DNA of 64,000 nt. Source: Carcharhinus amblyrhynchos. Taxonomy: Eukaryota. The position numbers were made by a program, and so were the translations under genes. This document shows positions 1 through 11,439 of this stretch, piece by piece. The stretch is from positions 36,084,001-36,148,000 of the forward strand of contig OZ336871.1 of assembly GCA_965287045.1 (NCBI GenBank), in the 5' to 3' direction. The notes below the pieces were generated by a model, which was not told the DNA's origin, searched no databases, and saw only the letters and a program-made list of their open reading frames with translations. How positions within the stretch are numbered: the first letter of the stretch is position 1; every line of letters begins with the position of its first letter.

Positions 1-139
1 AACTTTGAAATTTGTAGATCATGGTCTGATTTTACCGCGTGCATCATTCATTCAGCTAGGCTGTCAGAACTAGGGTCTTGAGGAAGTAGTGATCAATATT
101 TCACATCTCTCATGCTGAAATGGCTGACCAAGAAACAGA

Positions 140-2450
140 CTGTTATCTGTAACCATCTCTCTAGGTACACCAAATAAACTAAAAATAGCACTTCACAGCT
201 GTGCTTGATGTATTGTGCAATTGTCGAATAATGGGGTACTTGGTAAAGTAGTTGAACGTGACAGTGGAGTCAGTGCCATGGAAATGAAAAGAGGTATGCA
301 ATTTTGGGCTAAGGGTGGGTAGGAATTTCATGTGGAATCAGTGGTGCTTTGTGTTGATTTGTCATATGCTCTTGACTGTTCTCCATCTATACAATGACTT
401 CAATGTCATTGCTCATATTCAGCCAATAAACTGACTGTCTGAGTGTTCTCATCCAATCTATGCCCACGTGTGTGTAAGTGATGGCATCCATCTTTTCCAC
501 GATGGTGTGAATCATGTGTTCCCCACTCTCCCCCTCATCATGCACATCATTGTCATGTTTTGATTTGTCAGTCACTTTGTGTATGTTTCTGATGGGAAAC
601 ATGATGGTGGTTTTTATTTTTGGAAGGTACCCGTATTGTACACCTCCCTTGGATCTGTGTACGGCTTTGTAATTCCATTAGCTTTTGCTCTAGTGCACTG
701 CCACAGGCCTTGCAGAATGGGTGGGCATTTCCTTGGTCCACCCAGAAAGCCGCACTTTCCAAGCGTGCTAAGTTTGGCTGCCCTAGCAAATGCATCAATA
801 ATTGGGATTATATTTAGGATTTGTAAGATTCATTGACTTGCAAGGATCACGTTATCCTTGTCCATCCTTGCAAGTCAATGAACTTGCAACTCTTCAAAGT
901 ATTATGTTTTGGCTTAGTCTAGCAAATCTTTCTGGAATGCTTCCACCAACTTAACAGTTCTGTTTGTGAGCTCTTGTGTTTGAAAAATCACAATATTTAC
1001 TCTTTTCTATACATCTGGATTCTGCAGGCTATTGTCAAAAATGACATGAACTTTGGGCAATGAATACATTGGGCATTTAACCTGATATTTAACCAATTTT
1101 CCAATGTAGTCTGTCTTTTGGAGATTCATGAGCTGTCAATCTTGATCTGGATACCTTCAATCTCAATTGCTAAGTATGCTTTGATGGCATGCTTTCTGGT
1201 TCAGTCACATCGCAATCAAGAAATCACAGCCCTGTACTGTATACTTTTGAGTTTGGATGATGGATTAGCGGCATCCCAAATCAGTCTGGAGAATTTTGTG
1301 GACATTTTAGCAATATCCTGCTGAGCTTCCTTCTCCATTAGCACCTGGGATGAGTATCTCTAGCATTTGTTTGCAATCTTTCTGGCCCGATTTTTTTTCT
1401 TCTTTGATTCTCCCTCGCTCACAGTCCTGTCACTTGCCTTTATTGAATGAGCTAATGTAGTGCTGATCCTCTGGATGCACTGTCCTACTCACTGAACTGG
1501 CAGACTATGTACTGCAATCTCGCCATGTGTTATCTGTTTACTTACCAGCTCTTGGCATTGCCTTCAAAGCTTTTCTGTGCAGTCGGCATGCTATGGTTTT
1601 AACGCTCTGTATTGTGGTTTTGTTGTTGCCTGACCAAAACATCAAGGGTCATCTCATGCCGTGCAGCATGATATAAGGTTGTTCAACATCTCATGCCTAT
1701 CCTAAATCATGCTGTCAGACTGAGTATCATGTCATTTAGAAAGAATCATTGTTGCACAACATGTCATGTGTGTTATAATGATTTAAAAAATACACCAATC
1801 ATTCAAGAGATTGTGTTTGTGGGTTCGTTTATTGGGACTGGACACATGAGAACTGAGGAATATGCTTGACGGTGTCAGAGCTCTTTGCTTCCTTGCTACC
1901 CTGCCGGAAACAAACCTAAAATTGGATTGCCTGACATATTTCCTTTTAGTGATGTTATGCTGCGAATCCCTTAAAGACATTTCACATCACCTGTTTAACA
2001 GTACTAATATTTGCTTTTTAGGATACCTCGTATCAATAGACTTGCACGTAGGTTGTGATAAGTGGGACAGTGACCAGTCTGCTGTGATAGTTGTGCATAT
2101 AAACGTTTAAAGGGAAATTTTCTGTAATAAAGCTATGTTTGTGTATGTGACTGAGTCAAAGAGCACCACACTAAAGATGAAAATTTAACATACTGTATTG
2201 GACTTTTGTGGAGTTGGGAAGACTTAAGGACCTTTAAAAATAGTAGGCGGGATCCAGATGCAACAATCTTGTCCCATTTGCGAAGAAGGGAGGAGGAGCT
2301 GGTGTATTTCAGACAGTAAACTTGAACTTCGCAGGGCTCTTTGAGCTGAGTGCTGATTTCAAATAGATAACATTTTGTTTGGTATGTGTGGGAGTCACAA
2401 ATTGATGTAAACACTCTTGAAGGGTGAATATTATCTATGTAGCATCAAGA
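140..2450 (-). mobile_element. Decayed Ty3/Gypsy LTR retrotransposon internal region (gag/pol/integrase remnants, internally deleted)
   Basis: ORF 387-602 contains HVGIDWMRTLRQSVYWLNMSNDIE (integrase zinc-binding region). Minus-strand translation of 150-350 gives PLIPHEIPTHP...TSSTAV...FGVPREMVTDN (integrase core). Many stops and frameshifts. The upper boundary is uncertain. Confidence 0.7.
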
Positions 2451-2519
2451 ACCCAAACTCCTTTAGGTTGTGATAGTGATCATAGAGGTTTACAGCATGG
2501 AAACAGGCCCTTCAGCCTG

Positions 2520-2787
2520 TTTGGAACAGAGTTGAGGAGGAACTTCTTCACTCAGGGTGGTGAATCTCTGGAATTCTCTGCCCATTGAAGTGGTGGAGGC
2601 TACCTCGCTAAATATATTTAAGTCACGGGTAGATAGGTTTTTGATAGACAGGGGAATTAAGGGTTATGGGGAGAAAGCAGGAAAGTGGAACTGATCCACT
2701 TCAAATCAGCCATGATCTTATTGAATGGCGGGGTAGGCTCGAAGGGCTAGATGGCCTACTCCTGCTCCTATTTCTTATGTTCTTATT
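2520..2787 (+). mobile_element. CR1 LINE 3' fragment
   Basis: RNFFTQ-VVNLWNSLP motif, 3'UTR and ttcttatgttcttat tail; closely similar to the 3' end of the 38786-40600 copy. Confidence 0.9.
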
Positions 2788-2849
2788 TCCCCAAGTGCTA
2801 CAGTGCAGCAAAGGCTCTTATTAAAGTGACATCATTAGTAAGTTTAGTA

Positions 2850-3773
2850 AGATTAGTAAGTTTGCTGATGACACCAAAGTCGGAGGTGTGGTAGATTGTG
2901 AGGAAGGGTGTCGAAGTTTGCAGGGTGACTTGGACAGGTTGCAGAGCTGGGCCGCGAGGTGGCGGATGGAGTTTAATGCGGAGAAGTGTGAGGTAATCCA
3001 TTTCGGTAGGAATAACAGATGTGTTGAGTATAGGGCTAACGGGAGGACTTTGAATAGAGTGGAGGAGCAGAGGGATCTAGGTGTATGTGTACATAGATCC
3101 CTGAAAGTTGGGAATCAAGTAGATAAGGTTGTTAAGAAGGCGTACGGTGTCTTGGCGTTTATTGGTAGGGGGATTGAATTTAGGAGTCGCAGTGTCATGT
3201 TGCAACTGTACACAACTCTGGTGCGGCCGCACTTGGAGTACTGTGTGCAGTTCTGGTCCCCACATTACAGGAAGGATGTGGAGGCTTTGGAGAGGGTGCA
3301 GAGGAGATTTACCAGGATGTTGCCTGGTATGCAGGGGAGGTCCTATGAGGAGAGACTGAGGGATTTGGGGTTGTTTTCACTGGAAAGAAGGCGGCTAAGA
3401 GGGGATCTTATAGAAACATATAAGATGATTAGAGGTTTAGATAGGGTGGATGGTGATAGCCTGTTTCCTCGGATGGAGAAATCTAGCACGAGGGGGCATG
3501 GCTTTAAATTAACGGGGGGTAGTTATAGGACGGATGTCAGGGGCAGGTTCTTTACCCAGAGGGTGGTGAGGGACTGGAATGCCCTGCCTGCTGCAGTTGT
3601 AAATGCGCCTAGTTTGGGGGCGTTTAAGAGATTGGTGGATAGGTTTATGGACGAAAAGGGATTGGTTTAGATTAGTGGGTCAATGTTTTTTTTTAAAAAT
3701 AAGACTGGTCGGCGCAACATTGTGGGCCGAAGGGCCTGTTCCGCGCTGTAATGTTCTATGTTCTATGTTCTAT
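2850..3773 (+). mobile_element. Young 5'-truncated CR1 LINE (ORF2 RT C-terminus, ORF 2888-3670)
   Basis: Starts at SKFADDTK. Uninterrupted ORF with LQGDLDRL, FNAEKCEV, LVRPHLEYCVQFWSP, LERRRLRGDLIE and FFTQRVV. Tail is (gttctat)x3. Confidence 0.95.
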
Positions 3774-3779
3774 CATGGC

Positions 3780-4012
3780 TTTGTTACTATATGGCTCTTA
3801 TTTCAACCTGTCTGCAATCTTTGACCTGGTTGCTCACTCCACACTCTTCCAAAACAATCCCTGTTTCTACATGTTTACTGATGACATCCAGCTCCATCTC
3901 CCCAATACCATCTCTTTCAACTTCTCAACTGGCACTGAGTTATCAAACTGCTTATCCAACATCCAGTACTGAATGAGCAGAAATGCGCTCTAACCATTAG
4001 AAAGACTGAAGC
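3780..4012 (+). mobile_element. Old L2-like LINE RT fragment
   Basis: LSAIFDLVAHSTL and FYMFTDDIQLHL resemble the L2 RT motifs DLSAAFDTVDH and YADDTQLY. Confidence 0.65.
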
Positions 4013-4064
4013 TAGGCCTCCCCACTATATCATGATCAATGAGTCTGGAGAAAGTTAGACATTA

Positions 4065-4450
4065 ATGAAAGATATGAATAATTGTATTATGTGGAATATG
4101 CCATTGGACTAGTGGAATATTGGCAATGTCAACAGACCAACAAAACATTTTCATGGAGTCAGACTGAGAATCGGAATAGTGGCAATAGAATGGAATATTG
4201 GTAACATTATCACACCATTGAAATATTGGTAGCAGAATTAGGCCTGCAGAATATTGAACATTGTATTGGAATAAATGGTCTATGGGCAATGGTAACAGAC
4301 CAATAAATTATAAGCAATGGCATCAGTCCAGTGAAATACAGACATGGCATCAGACAAGTGAAATGGCAAAAGGCCAATGGAATGCAGACCATGGCATGAG
4401 AGCAATGGACTTTATGAAATCATATCAGTGCACTGACATAGAATAAAATT
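4065..4450. repeat. Degenerate tandem repeat (gtggaatattggcaatgg / cagacca-type units)
   Basis: Recurring ggaatattgg, ggcaatgg and cagacca words with irregular period. Confidence 0.6.
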
Positions 4451-4537
4451 AGACTAGATGAATTTAGATAACAGAATCTTCCCCCTGTTGAATATTGATA
4501 AAGACCAATGGGGAGAACTTCTGTGAGACTTCTTACG

Positions 4538-4700
4538 AGGTCTTGGTGGTGCAGTGGGTCGCATCCCTGCCTCTGAGCCAGAAGTTCCAAGTTTGAGTCC
4601 TACCCTGGATTTGATGGCTAAGGAAGGTTTGTTCATAATGAGGCGGAACAGGTTGAGTATCAAGCTGCAAATCCTTCCAACACGTCAATGGCTGGTTCTG
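4538..4700 (+). mobile_element. tRNA-derived SINE (family distinct from HE1)
   Basis: A-box tggtggtgcagtgg and B-box-like agtttgagtcc, followed by a non-HE1 body. Confidence 0.6.
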
Positions 4701-5034
4701 AGAACAGGAGAGACCATTCTTGATGTGGAGTTGCAGCCCTCAAGCTTTAAGCTCCTGACAACAGGCTAGCAACCCAGTTTTGGGAATTACTAACTACAGA
4801 AACATGAAAATCTGCCATATGGTGCATCACTAGCTGTGGGAAGAAAATTGGAATAGACTAAGACCAATGGATTATTAGTAATGGAATGTAGTTGGGAGTC
4901 AAATAGATGAACATTTGAATCTAAAGGCAGCCTATCTACACATTTACAATGAATTAAATACAGGAAAGAATTACATGTGAGTTGTCTTAGGCTGCTACCC
5001 CCATCTTTTTTCCTAGCTGCCACTTTGAAAATGA

Positions 5035-5235
5035 AAAATTGCATTTATATAGCGCCTTTCACAATCTCAGGACGTTTTAAAGTGCTTTGTAGCAATGAAA
5101 TTATTTTTGAAGTGTGGTTTCTGTAGCAAATTTGCATTCAGTAGGCACACACAAACAACAGTGTGACAGTGATCAGATAATCATTTTGAGGAAAAGATAT
5201 CATATAGGACAATCTGGAGAACACCCTGATCTAAA
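5035..5235 (-). mobile_element. Deu-domain SINE remnant (SacSINE1/AmnSINE1-like)
   Basis: gcatttatatagcgcctttcac is the reverse complement of the DeuSINE-type 3' tail ...aggcgctatataaatgc. Confidence 0.6.
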
Positions 5236-6487
5236 TCATAGAATTTAAAATCATAGAATCCCTACAGTTGTGTGTTCTTCGGCTACACCTAAGGTTGGTT
5301 TCAGTTTGAAGGAGAATGTAAGAAAGGCGCTAGATCAAAGTGAAAGGAATTTTTTTTCTGTTTTCCAATATTCAGGAAATAGGGATTAATCTTAGACTTT
5401 GTTAGATCTTTGCTATAAAGATAATTTAAGGAGCCAATAATATTCCTTCTTTCAACTGACAGCATTTTACATTTCCAAATGTTTTACTGGGTAATCAAAT
5501 GTATTAACTAAACATTTTGAAAGACTGTTTTATATCCTATATATTTTGCATTCTTTGATATTAAGCTCCCATGGTACTGATTGCAGTTATTTGAAATTAG
5601 CGGAACTTCCTGAATGAAGGGAAAGAACATGGATAAAAATTGTGCAATCTTCAAATAGTGCCACAAATGATCAGCTTGCCCAACTAATCAGGATACAGTC
5701 TTCTTTCCTCCTTTTCCCTCTTCACCACCATTAATTTAACTATAAATATATACAAACCACAAACTTTTAAAGAGAGCTTGATGTTCTTGGACTACAATTA
5801 GGAAAGTCTATTTGCACAAGCACGCAGGATGGTGCTGTGATGTAATTTTTGTCACTTTATTGCAAAATCAGCATTGTACTGTTTGTTTGTGACATCTGTG
5901 TGTCATAATTGTATCAGCATTGTTTTCACCCCTTTCTGAGCCTACAGTCACAGAAAGGTCAGTGAGAATTTGGTGTTGTTAGGGGTGTGTGTGTATGGGT
6001 GGGGGGGAGGAGGTGGGGGGATGTGTGTAAGGGGCAGGTTGCTAATGGGGTGCAGCAAATTCAGTGAGTCCACAAGTGAGAGAGAAAGCTGTGGCAGGCC
6101 CTTGATATACTTATTCGGCCTGTATGGGCATTCTTCCGACTCTTGGCACATGTTGGAACTTTTAAAGATTGAAATATCACTCATCTGAATCTCCTGTGGT
6201 GAGGAACTTGGCTGCTGCCAACTTTCACTATCTGGTTGGAGATTGTGATGACATAATTAACTCGATAAGCGCCCAATCCTCTGGGGTCATTGATCTTAGC
6301 AGAGCTGAACTTGGGCAAGCTCTAATGATGGGAGAGATGGGGGAGTACAGCATGAATACTTCCCCGCTCTTAATCACCACACCCACACTATTCGCATCAA
6401 ATGTATTAAAATTATTTAATTTCCAATTAGCAGAAGACAGCAATTCGATGGTTTTTTTCTGTTGTTTAATCAAAGCAAAACCTTGAT

Positions 6488-6570
6488 TTTATTGCTGAAA
6501 AAGGGACATGTTGCAGAAGCTTTTCATCTTGCACTCATCAGAACAAACACAAGAATACCAAATTTCCTTG
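6488..6570 (-). mobile_element. Penelope-like pLTR fragment with minimal hammerhead core
   Basis: Minus strand reads CTGATGAG-tgcaaga-TGAAA-AGCTTC. The same motif recurs at 35345-35392 beside a GIY-YIG remnant. Confidence 0.55.
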
Positions 6571-6659
6571 AACTGATTTCTTTGTAGACAGCCTAACTAA
6601 TATAAACTGTTTGGAGCTATTTCTAATAATCTAATAATTGACAAAAATAGCTCCAAGTG

Positions 6660-6990
6660 GTTTGAGCCCCAAATGAGTGTAGTGAGTTCTCTGTGTCAAA
6701 CAATATCACCAAAACAGTAGCACAAGTTGATCATTTCATTACTGTACCAGTCAGAGACTTGAGAAAATCTCTGAGACATTTCTGAGAGGATTTGCTAAGG
6801 TGTCATATAAATGTAAAGTATCTGGAAAACATGCTAGTGTGACAGAGTATTTGTTTACCAAGTATAAACCTGGTGTTCAGGCAAAATGGCTAACATTCCT
6901 GTCTGAACTAAACCAGCGAAAATAGATTCATTGGTCATTCAGCTCATTTGCTTGTTTGTGGGATCTTACAAGAGCAAATTGGTGACAACA
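6660..6990 (+). mobile_element. Deu-domain SINE fragments
   Basis: tgcttgtttgtgggatcttacaagagcaaattgg resembles the Deu core; tail-like tgtcatataaatgtaa near 6805. Confidence 0.5.
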
Positions 6991-7242
6991 GATAGTTGAG
7001 ACACTGGATGAGCTAAAAATTGATAGGGAAGAGTTATTGGATAAGCGAGTTATACATGACGTTGATAAAGACACCAGGACTTGAGGAGATACATCCAAAG
7101 ATATTGAAGGAAATAAGGATGGTTATTGCAAAAGGAATGGTCATAATGGGGATTATCTTATGGTAGACAGAATGAGAAGAGGCAAGATAAATTAAAGGAG
7201 ATAATTCTGAAGCAGTGCAGGAGCAAAGGAACATCAGTATAT

Positions 7243-7535
7243 TGAACCCTACAGTGCAGAAACAGACCCTTCAGCCCATCGAGTCTGCACCGACCACAAT
7301 CCCATCCAGGCCCTATCCCCTTATCCCAACACATTTACCCATTAATCCCTCTAACCTACGCATCCCAGGACATTAAGGGGCAATTTTAGCATGGCCAATC
7401 AACCTAACCCGCACATCTTTGGACTGTGGGAGAAACTGGAGCACCCGGAGGAAACCCACACAGACACGAGGAGAATGTGCAAACTCCACACAGACAGTGA
7501 CCCGAGCCAGGAATCGAACCCAGGTCCCTGGAGCT
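7243..7535 (-). mobile_element. HE1-like V-SINE
   Basis: Reverse complement of gggttcgattcc (B box), the V-domain gtgggtttcctccgggtgctcc...cccacagtccaaagatgtgcgggttagg and a CR1-derived tail. Confidence 0.9.
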
Positions 7536-8291
7536 TTGTATATGTGTACAAATAATTGAAGGTGACAAGGCAGGTTGAGAAAGCAGGTAATAAAATGTAA
7601 TCATCTCACCAAGGTCGTTTTCCATCACCAGCACCCTTTATTTACAACGTATGTAAAATAGCACTTCTGTGTCTGCAGTGTACAAGTCAAATCCTCTTCG
7701 TCTGCCAGTGTGAGTGGAACCAGATGGTTTTAAACCCCCTGCTGCTCCTTTCCTTGTGGGCAACCCTCCTCTTGCTTAATAGGGGAATTTGTATTCTACA
7801 AGGACCACGGGGCAATCTACTGATGACCTTCATGGCCATTGTAACGTAAATCATATAGGATCCTGAACCTTTAAAATAAGGGCATATAGTACAAAAGCAA
7901 GAAAGTTATGCTAAACGTGTATGAAACACTTGTTTGGCCTCAACTAGAGCAATGTGTCCAGTGCTGGCAGGGAAGGTTTTGAAAACATTTGAGAGGATTT
8001 TGGAAAATCTCACAAGAATAATTCTGGGGATGAGGAATTATGTAAAAAGATTGAGGAGTTGGGACTCCTCTTGGAGAAGAAACGATTAAGAGGAGATTTG
8101 ACAGGGGCATTCAAAACCACGAGATATCTGGTCAGTGTAGATAGAGAAAAACAGTTCCCTTCTGTGGAAAGATCCAGAACCAAAGGGCACAGGATTAACT
8201 TGATTGGCAAAAGAAGCAATGACAACACGAGGACAAACTTCTTTACACAGTGAGTGGTTAAGGTCTGGATTGCACTCCCTGACAGTGTGGT

Positions 8292-8382
8292 GGATGATGA
8301 TCAGCCAGACTTGAAATGTTGACTCTGTTCTCTTTCCACAGATTCTGTCAGACCTGCTGAGATTTCCCAGCATTTTCTGTGG
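8292..8382 (+). mobile_element. Penelope-like terminal fragment
   Basis: cttgaaatgttgactctgttctctttccacagattctgtcagacctgctgagatttcccagcattttctg; an inverted relative lies at 38025-38100. Confidence 0.5.
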
Positions 8383-9087
8383 TTGTGGGATTAGGTGAGT
8401 TCCTCTTACAGATATCTGGCACAGACATGATGGGCCAAATGGTCTCTCTCCATTCCGTAACCATTCTATGATTCCACAACCCACATTACAAAGTTTACGC
8501 TTTGAAAAGAATTAATTTGGTGTGTTTTATAAGTGCTCTGGAGAAATGCAATAGTGTTATACACCTTACTTCTTCCTCAAGATAAAAATGGTGAGAATAA
8601 TTGAAGATAAATCAATTTTCTTTTAATGGATTAGATGTTCAGATTAAAGCTTGTGTTCTTTTCAATTTAGGGTGAGATAAAATCCAAGCAAAGCAGGCAG
8701 CTAACCTTGCGTACAAGGCTTTTCAATTTTTGAGACCAATGTGCGTGACTCATGTATCTTCAAGCCTGGATTACTTCTTTACCTATACTAAGCATGTGAT
8801 GTCTTCAATAAGAAAATGTTTGTCACTCCATGAGAAGTACACAATCTCACCATTACCTTCTTGCTATCCCTCCCTCCCTCACCAGCAGCTTCCCTACACA
8901 GCTCACCTACAATTAGGAAGAGTCGCACATTTTCCTTCTCATTGAGGATAATCAGACAAGTGCCAACATGAACTAGTACAATTGAATCCAGTGCATTTTC
9001 TGGCAATAAATTTAAATGTTATGTGCACCCTGGGAACAGGAAAGATGGTTGTAAAGGATTGAAGTGAATGTCTTCTCCATGACTTAC

Positions 9088-9211
9088 CTTTACAGGACTA
9101 CACCTGTGCTAATAGAGGTCCTGTGTTTGTTGCTTGCTGAAGCATAATACGCCTGATTGAGCCTCAGTTGCCTTTGCTGGGGACAGATAGCACAGTAAGG
9201 ACTTTCATTGT
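9088..9211 (-). other. Candidate exon of an unidentified minus-strand transcript
   Basis: Acceptor ttttcttttaaatatgcag and consensus donor AG|gtaagt in non-repetitive DNA; one frame is open almost to the end. Confidence 0.3.
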
Positions 9212-10679
9212 CTGCATATTTAAAAGAAAATGGTTTAATTCATTTGATGAATCAACAAGCGCAGGAAATTCATCCAAGATGCTAAACCATCCCTTCAAAA
9301 TATTTTAATTCCTTAAGTGGCTGCATATTCTATGCAACATTGCCTGACCCAAATAATATTGAACCTACAGCACTTTCCAAAATTATCAGATGAGCAACCT
9401 TGCGCAGTTCTTCTTCACACATGCAGAATTACTTCCTAATATTAGCATCATCACATTTTTACTGGACTGCCCCATAATTTGTAACTTCCTCATTGGAATT
9501 TATCATCAACGTGAAATACATCTTATTAACATTTTGGAAAGCAAAATGCTTTTGTTTAATATCAAAAGCAATACCTGGCTATTTTTTCTATTTCTTCTGT
9601 TGCCTTTAATCAAATGTCATGCTAAGTGAAGGTATGTCCTAATCATAACTTCAAACATAGACCATGTTCATATAGAAATGTCTAGAGTTGTCTTTTTTAT
9701 TTAACTAGGCACTCACAAAGTGGATAAGATGGTGTCCAAGGGTCAGGTGACCTTTGCAATGTCAACCACAGACTATCTATAGCTTGTGGAAAGTTTTGAG
9801 TTGAATGACTCTGGGTGGAGGCCTGCCCTGGATTGGACATAACAAGATGACTATTTCCTGTGGAATTTACACTGGCTATTGTTTAGGGATCTACCCAAAG
9901 CAAGTCCAGATTCCATGGCTAGGATGTTCATCTTCAAGAAGGGTAGTGGGAGTTGGGAAAATTCCCAGCTCAGTCAGCCCACTTAGGATGAAAGTACCTA
10001 CAAGGTGGGTCATCACTGCTGGGGTCAGAGTTGGTCAATGCAGGCTGGTGCCAGTCTGCTGATCTGGGAAAATGTTTGGAAGTAGCCATAAAAGCTGCTG
10101 GCTACAGGGATGGATTGTTTAAAAGATCTGCCATGAGACATTGTCCCAGTTAAAATAAAAACATAAAGGCCCTGCAAGCTTCACCCCCTCAACCTTGAAA
10201 TACTCCTCATGTCCCATCCATGCCAGCACATAGCCCCCATCCAGCTCTCATGGTCCCTCATGTCAATATCTGACCTTCCACCCACACCCCATTCTTCCTC
10301 ATGCCCCACACCAAGATCTGCCTTGCACCCTATTCCCTTATGGCCCTCTTGTCCACTATGCCAGTCTTTTCTGAATCAGCCTCTTCTCAGGGGCCCTCAT
10401 GCACTCGTGCCAAACTATGGCACTTACATGCCCATTGATCTACTATATTCTGTCTAGAAGCAATCAACCCTGTAGTGACAGTAAGATGCTTTGAAAAAAA
10501 TCAACTATTCATTTTTTCTCCTATGTTGAAAAAAACTGATTTTACTACAAGCTAATAAAAGTGCCAATCTACAGCCCCTTTAAAGTATTAATGGCAAAAA
10601 TACAAACCTTTGATTTTATTAGCCTTTATTTTTCACAGTAACCTTTTGAAGTGGCATCTTTCACAAAACCAAGCTGGTC

Positions 10680-11215
10680 GCTCCTGTGCCGGTCCCTACT
10701 CTCCCCACCCCTGCTAATTGCACCCTCCTCCCATCAGTGTTCCTCCCTCCCTGCTGAGCTCCCCCCGTCCTCCTTGCCTTCCCCCAATCATTACCCCACC
10801 CCCATTCAGGCTCCACCCCCTTAGCACTGCCCTGGCACTGTTATGGTGCCTGGTGGGCCATGTCAGGCTGGCACTGCCCAATGGGTACTGCTTGGCTCTG
10901 CCACCCACCCAGGGGCTTCAATGACTCTGATCTCCCTGGCATGGCATCACATCTGGTCCTCATTGGTGGGGACCATGAGTGATTCTTGACGTCGAGACCT
11001 CGCGCCGACAAGGGGGGAATCATCTGAGGCCGGAAATGGCCGAGCCGGACATGTTAATGACATGTAAGCATTAAGTATGTCATTAATATTTCAATTGGCT
11101 TCTTTCTGGGCTTGAAGATGGCTTTCATGCCCAGCACCAAAGCTTCGAGCGCTATCTTCCCGGTTCATTGCGCCCATCGATCAGTGCAAAAGGACGGAGA
11201 GATGGTGCCCGTTAT
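10680..11215. mobile_element. GC-rich non-autonomous DNA-transposon-like repeat (probably PIF/Harbinger-derived)
   Basis: C-rich arm, cactgccc repeats and a CpG-rich subterminal region resembling the flanks of other Harbinger remnants in the window; no ORF. Confidence 0.35.
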
Positions 11216-11439
11216 CTCCAATGTCTGGTCATTTTTAAGCCATTCCAGTAGACAATACCAATATTGGTCATGTGACTGAAACCAGCTGGAAATAACAGGT
11301 TTATATCGGAAGACCCAGAAATCCCTATCTGCTTCAAGAAGATGACCATTCACCTCAGTACCAAAGAAAAGCCAAGCAGTGTGTCTTATGACTATTGTCA
11401 GGTGGCACTAACATCCATCATTATGAAGTATTTGAAAGA

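Larger units (their letters stand above)
7000..8475 (+). mobile_element. Old fragmented CR1 LINE, interrupted by a SINE and other inserts
   Basis: VDKDTRT...IHPKILKE-like segment at 7060-7110. ORF 8059-8253 LEKKRLRGDL...RTKGH...NFFTQ. Degenerate 3'UTR at 8410-8475. Confidence 0.75.
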
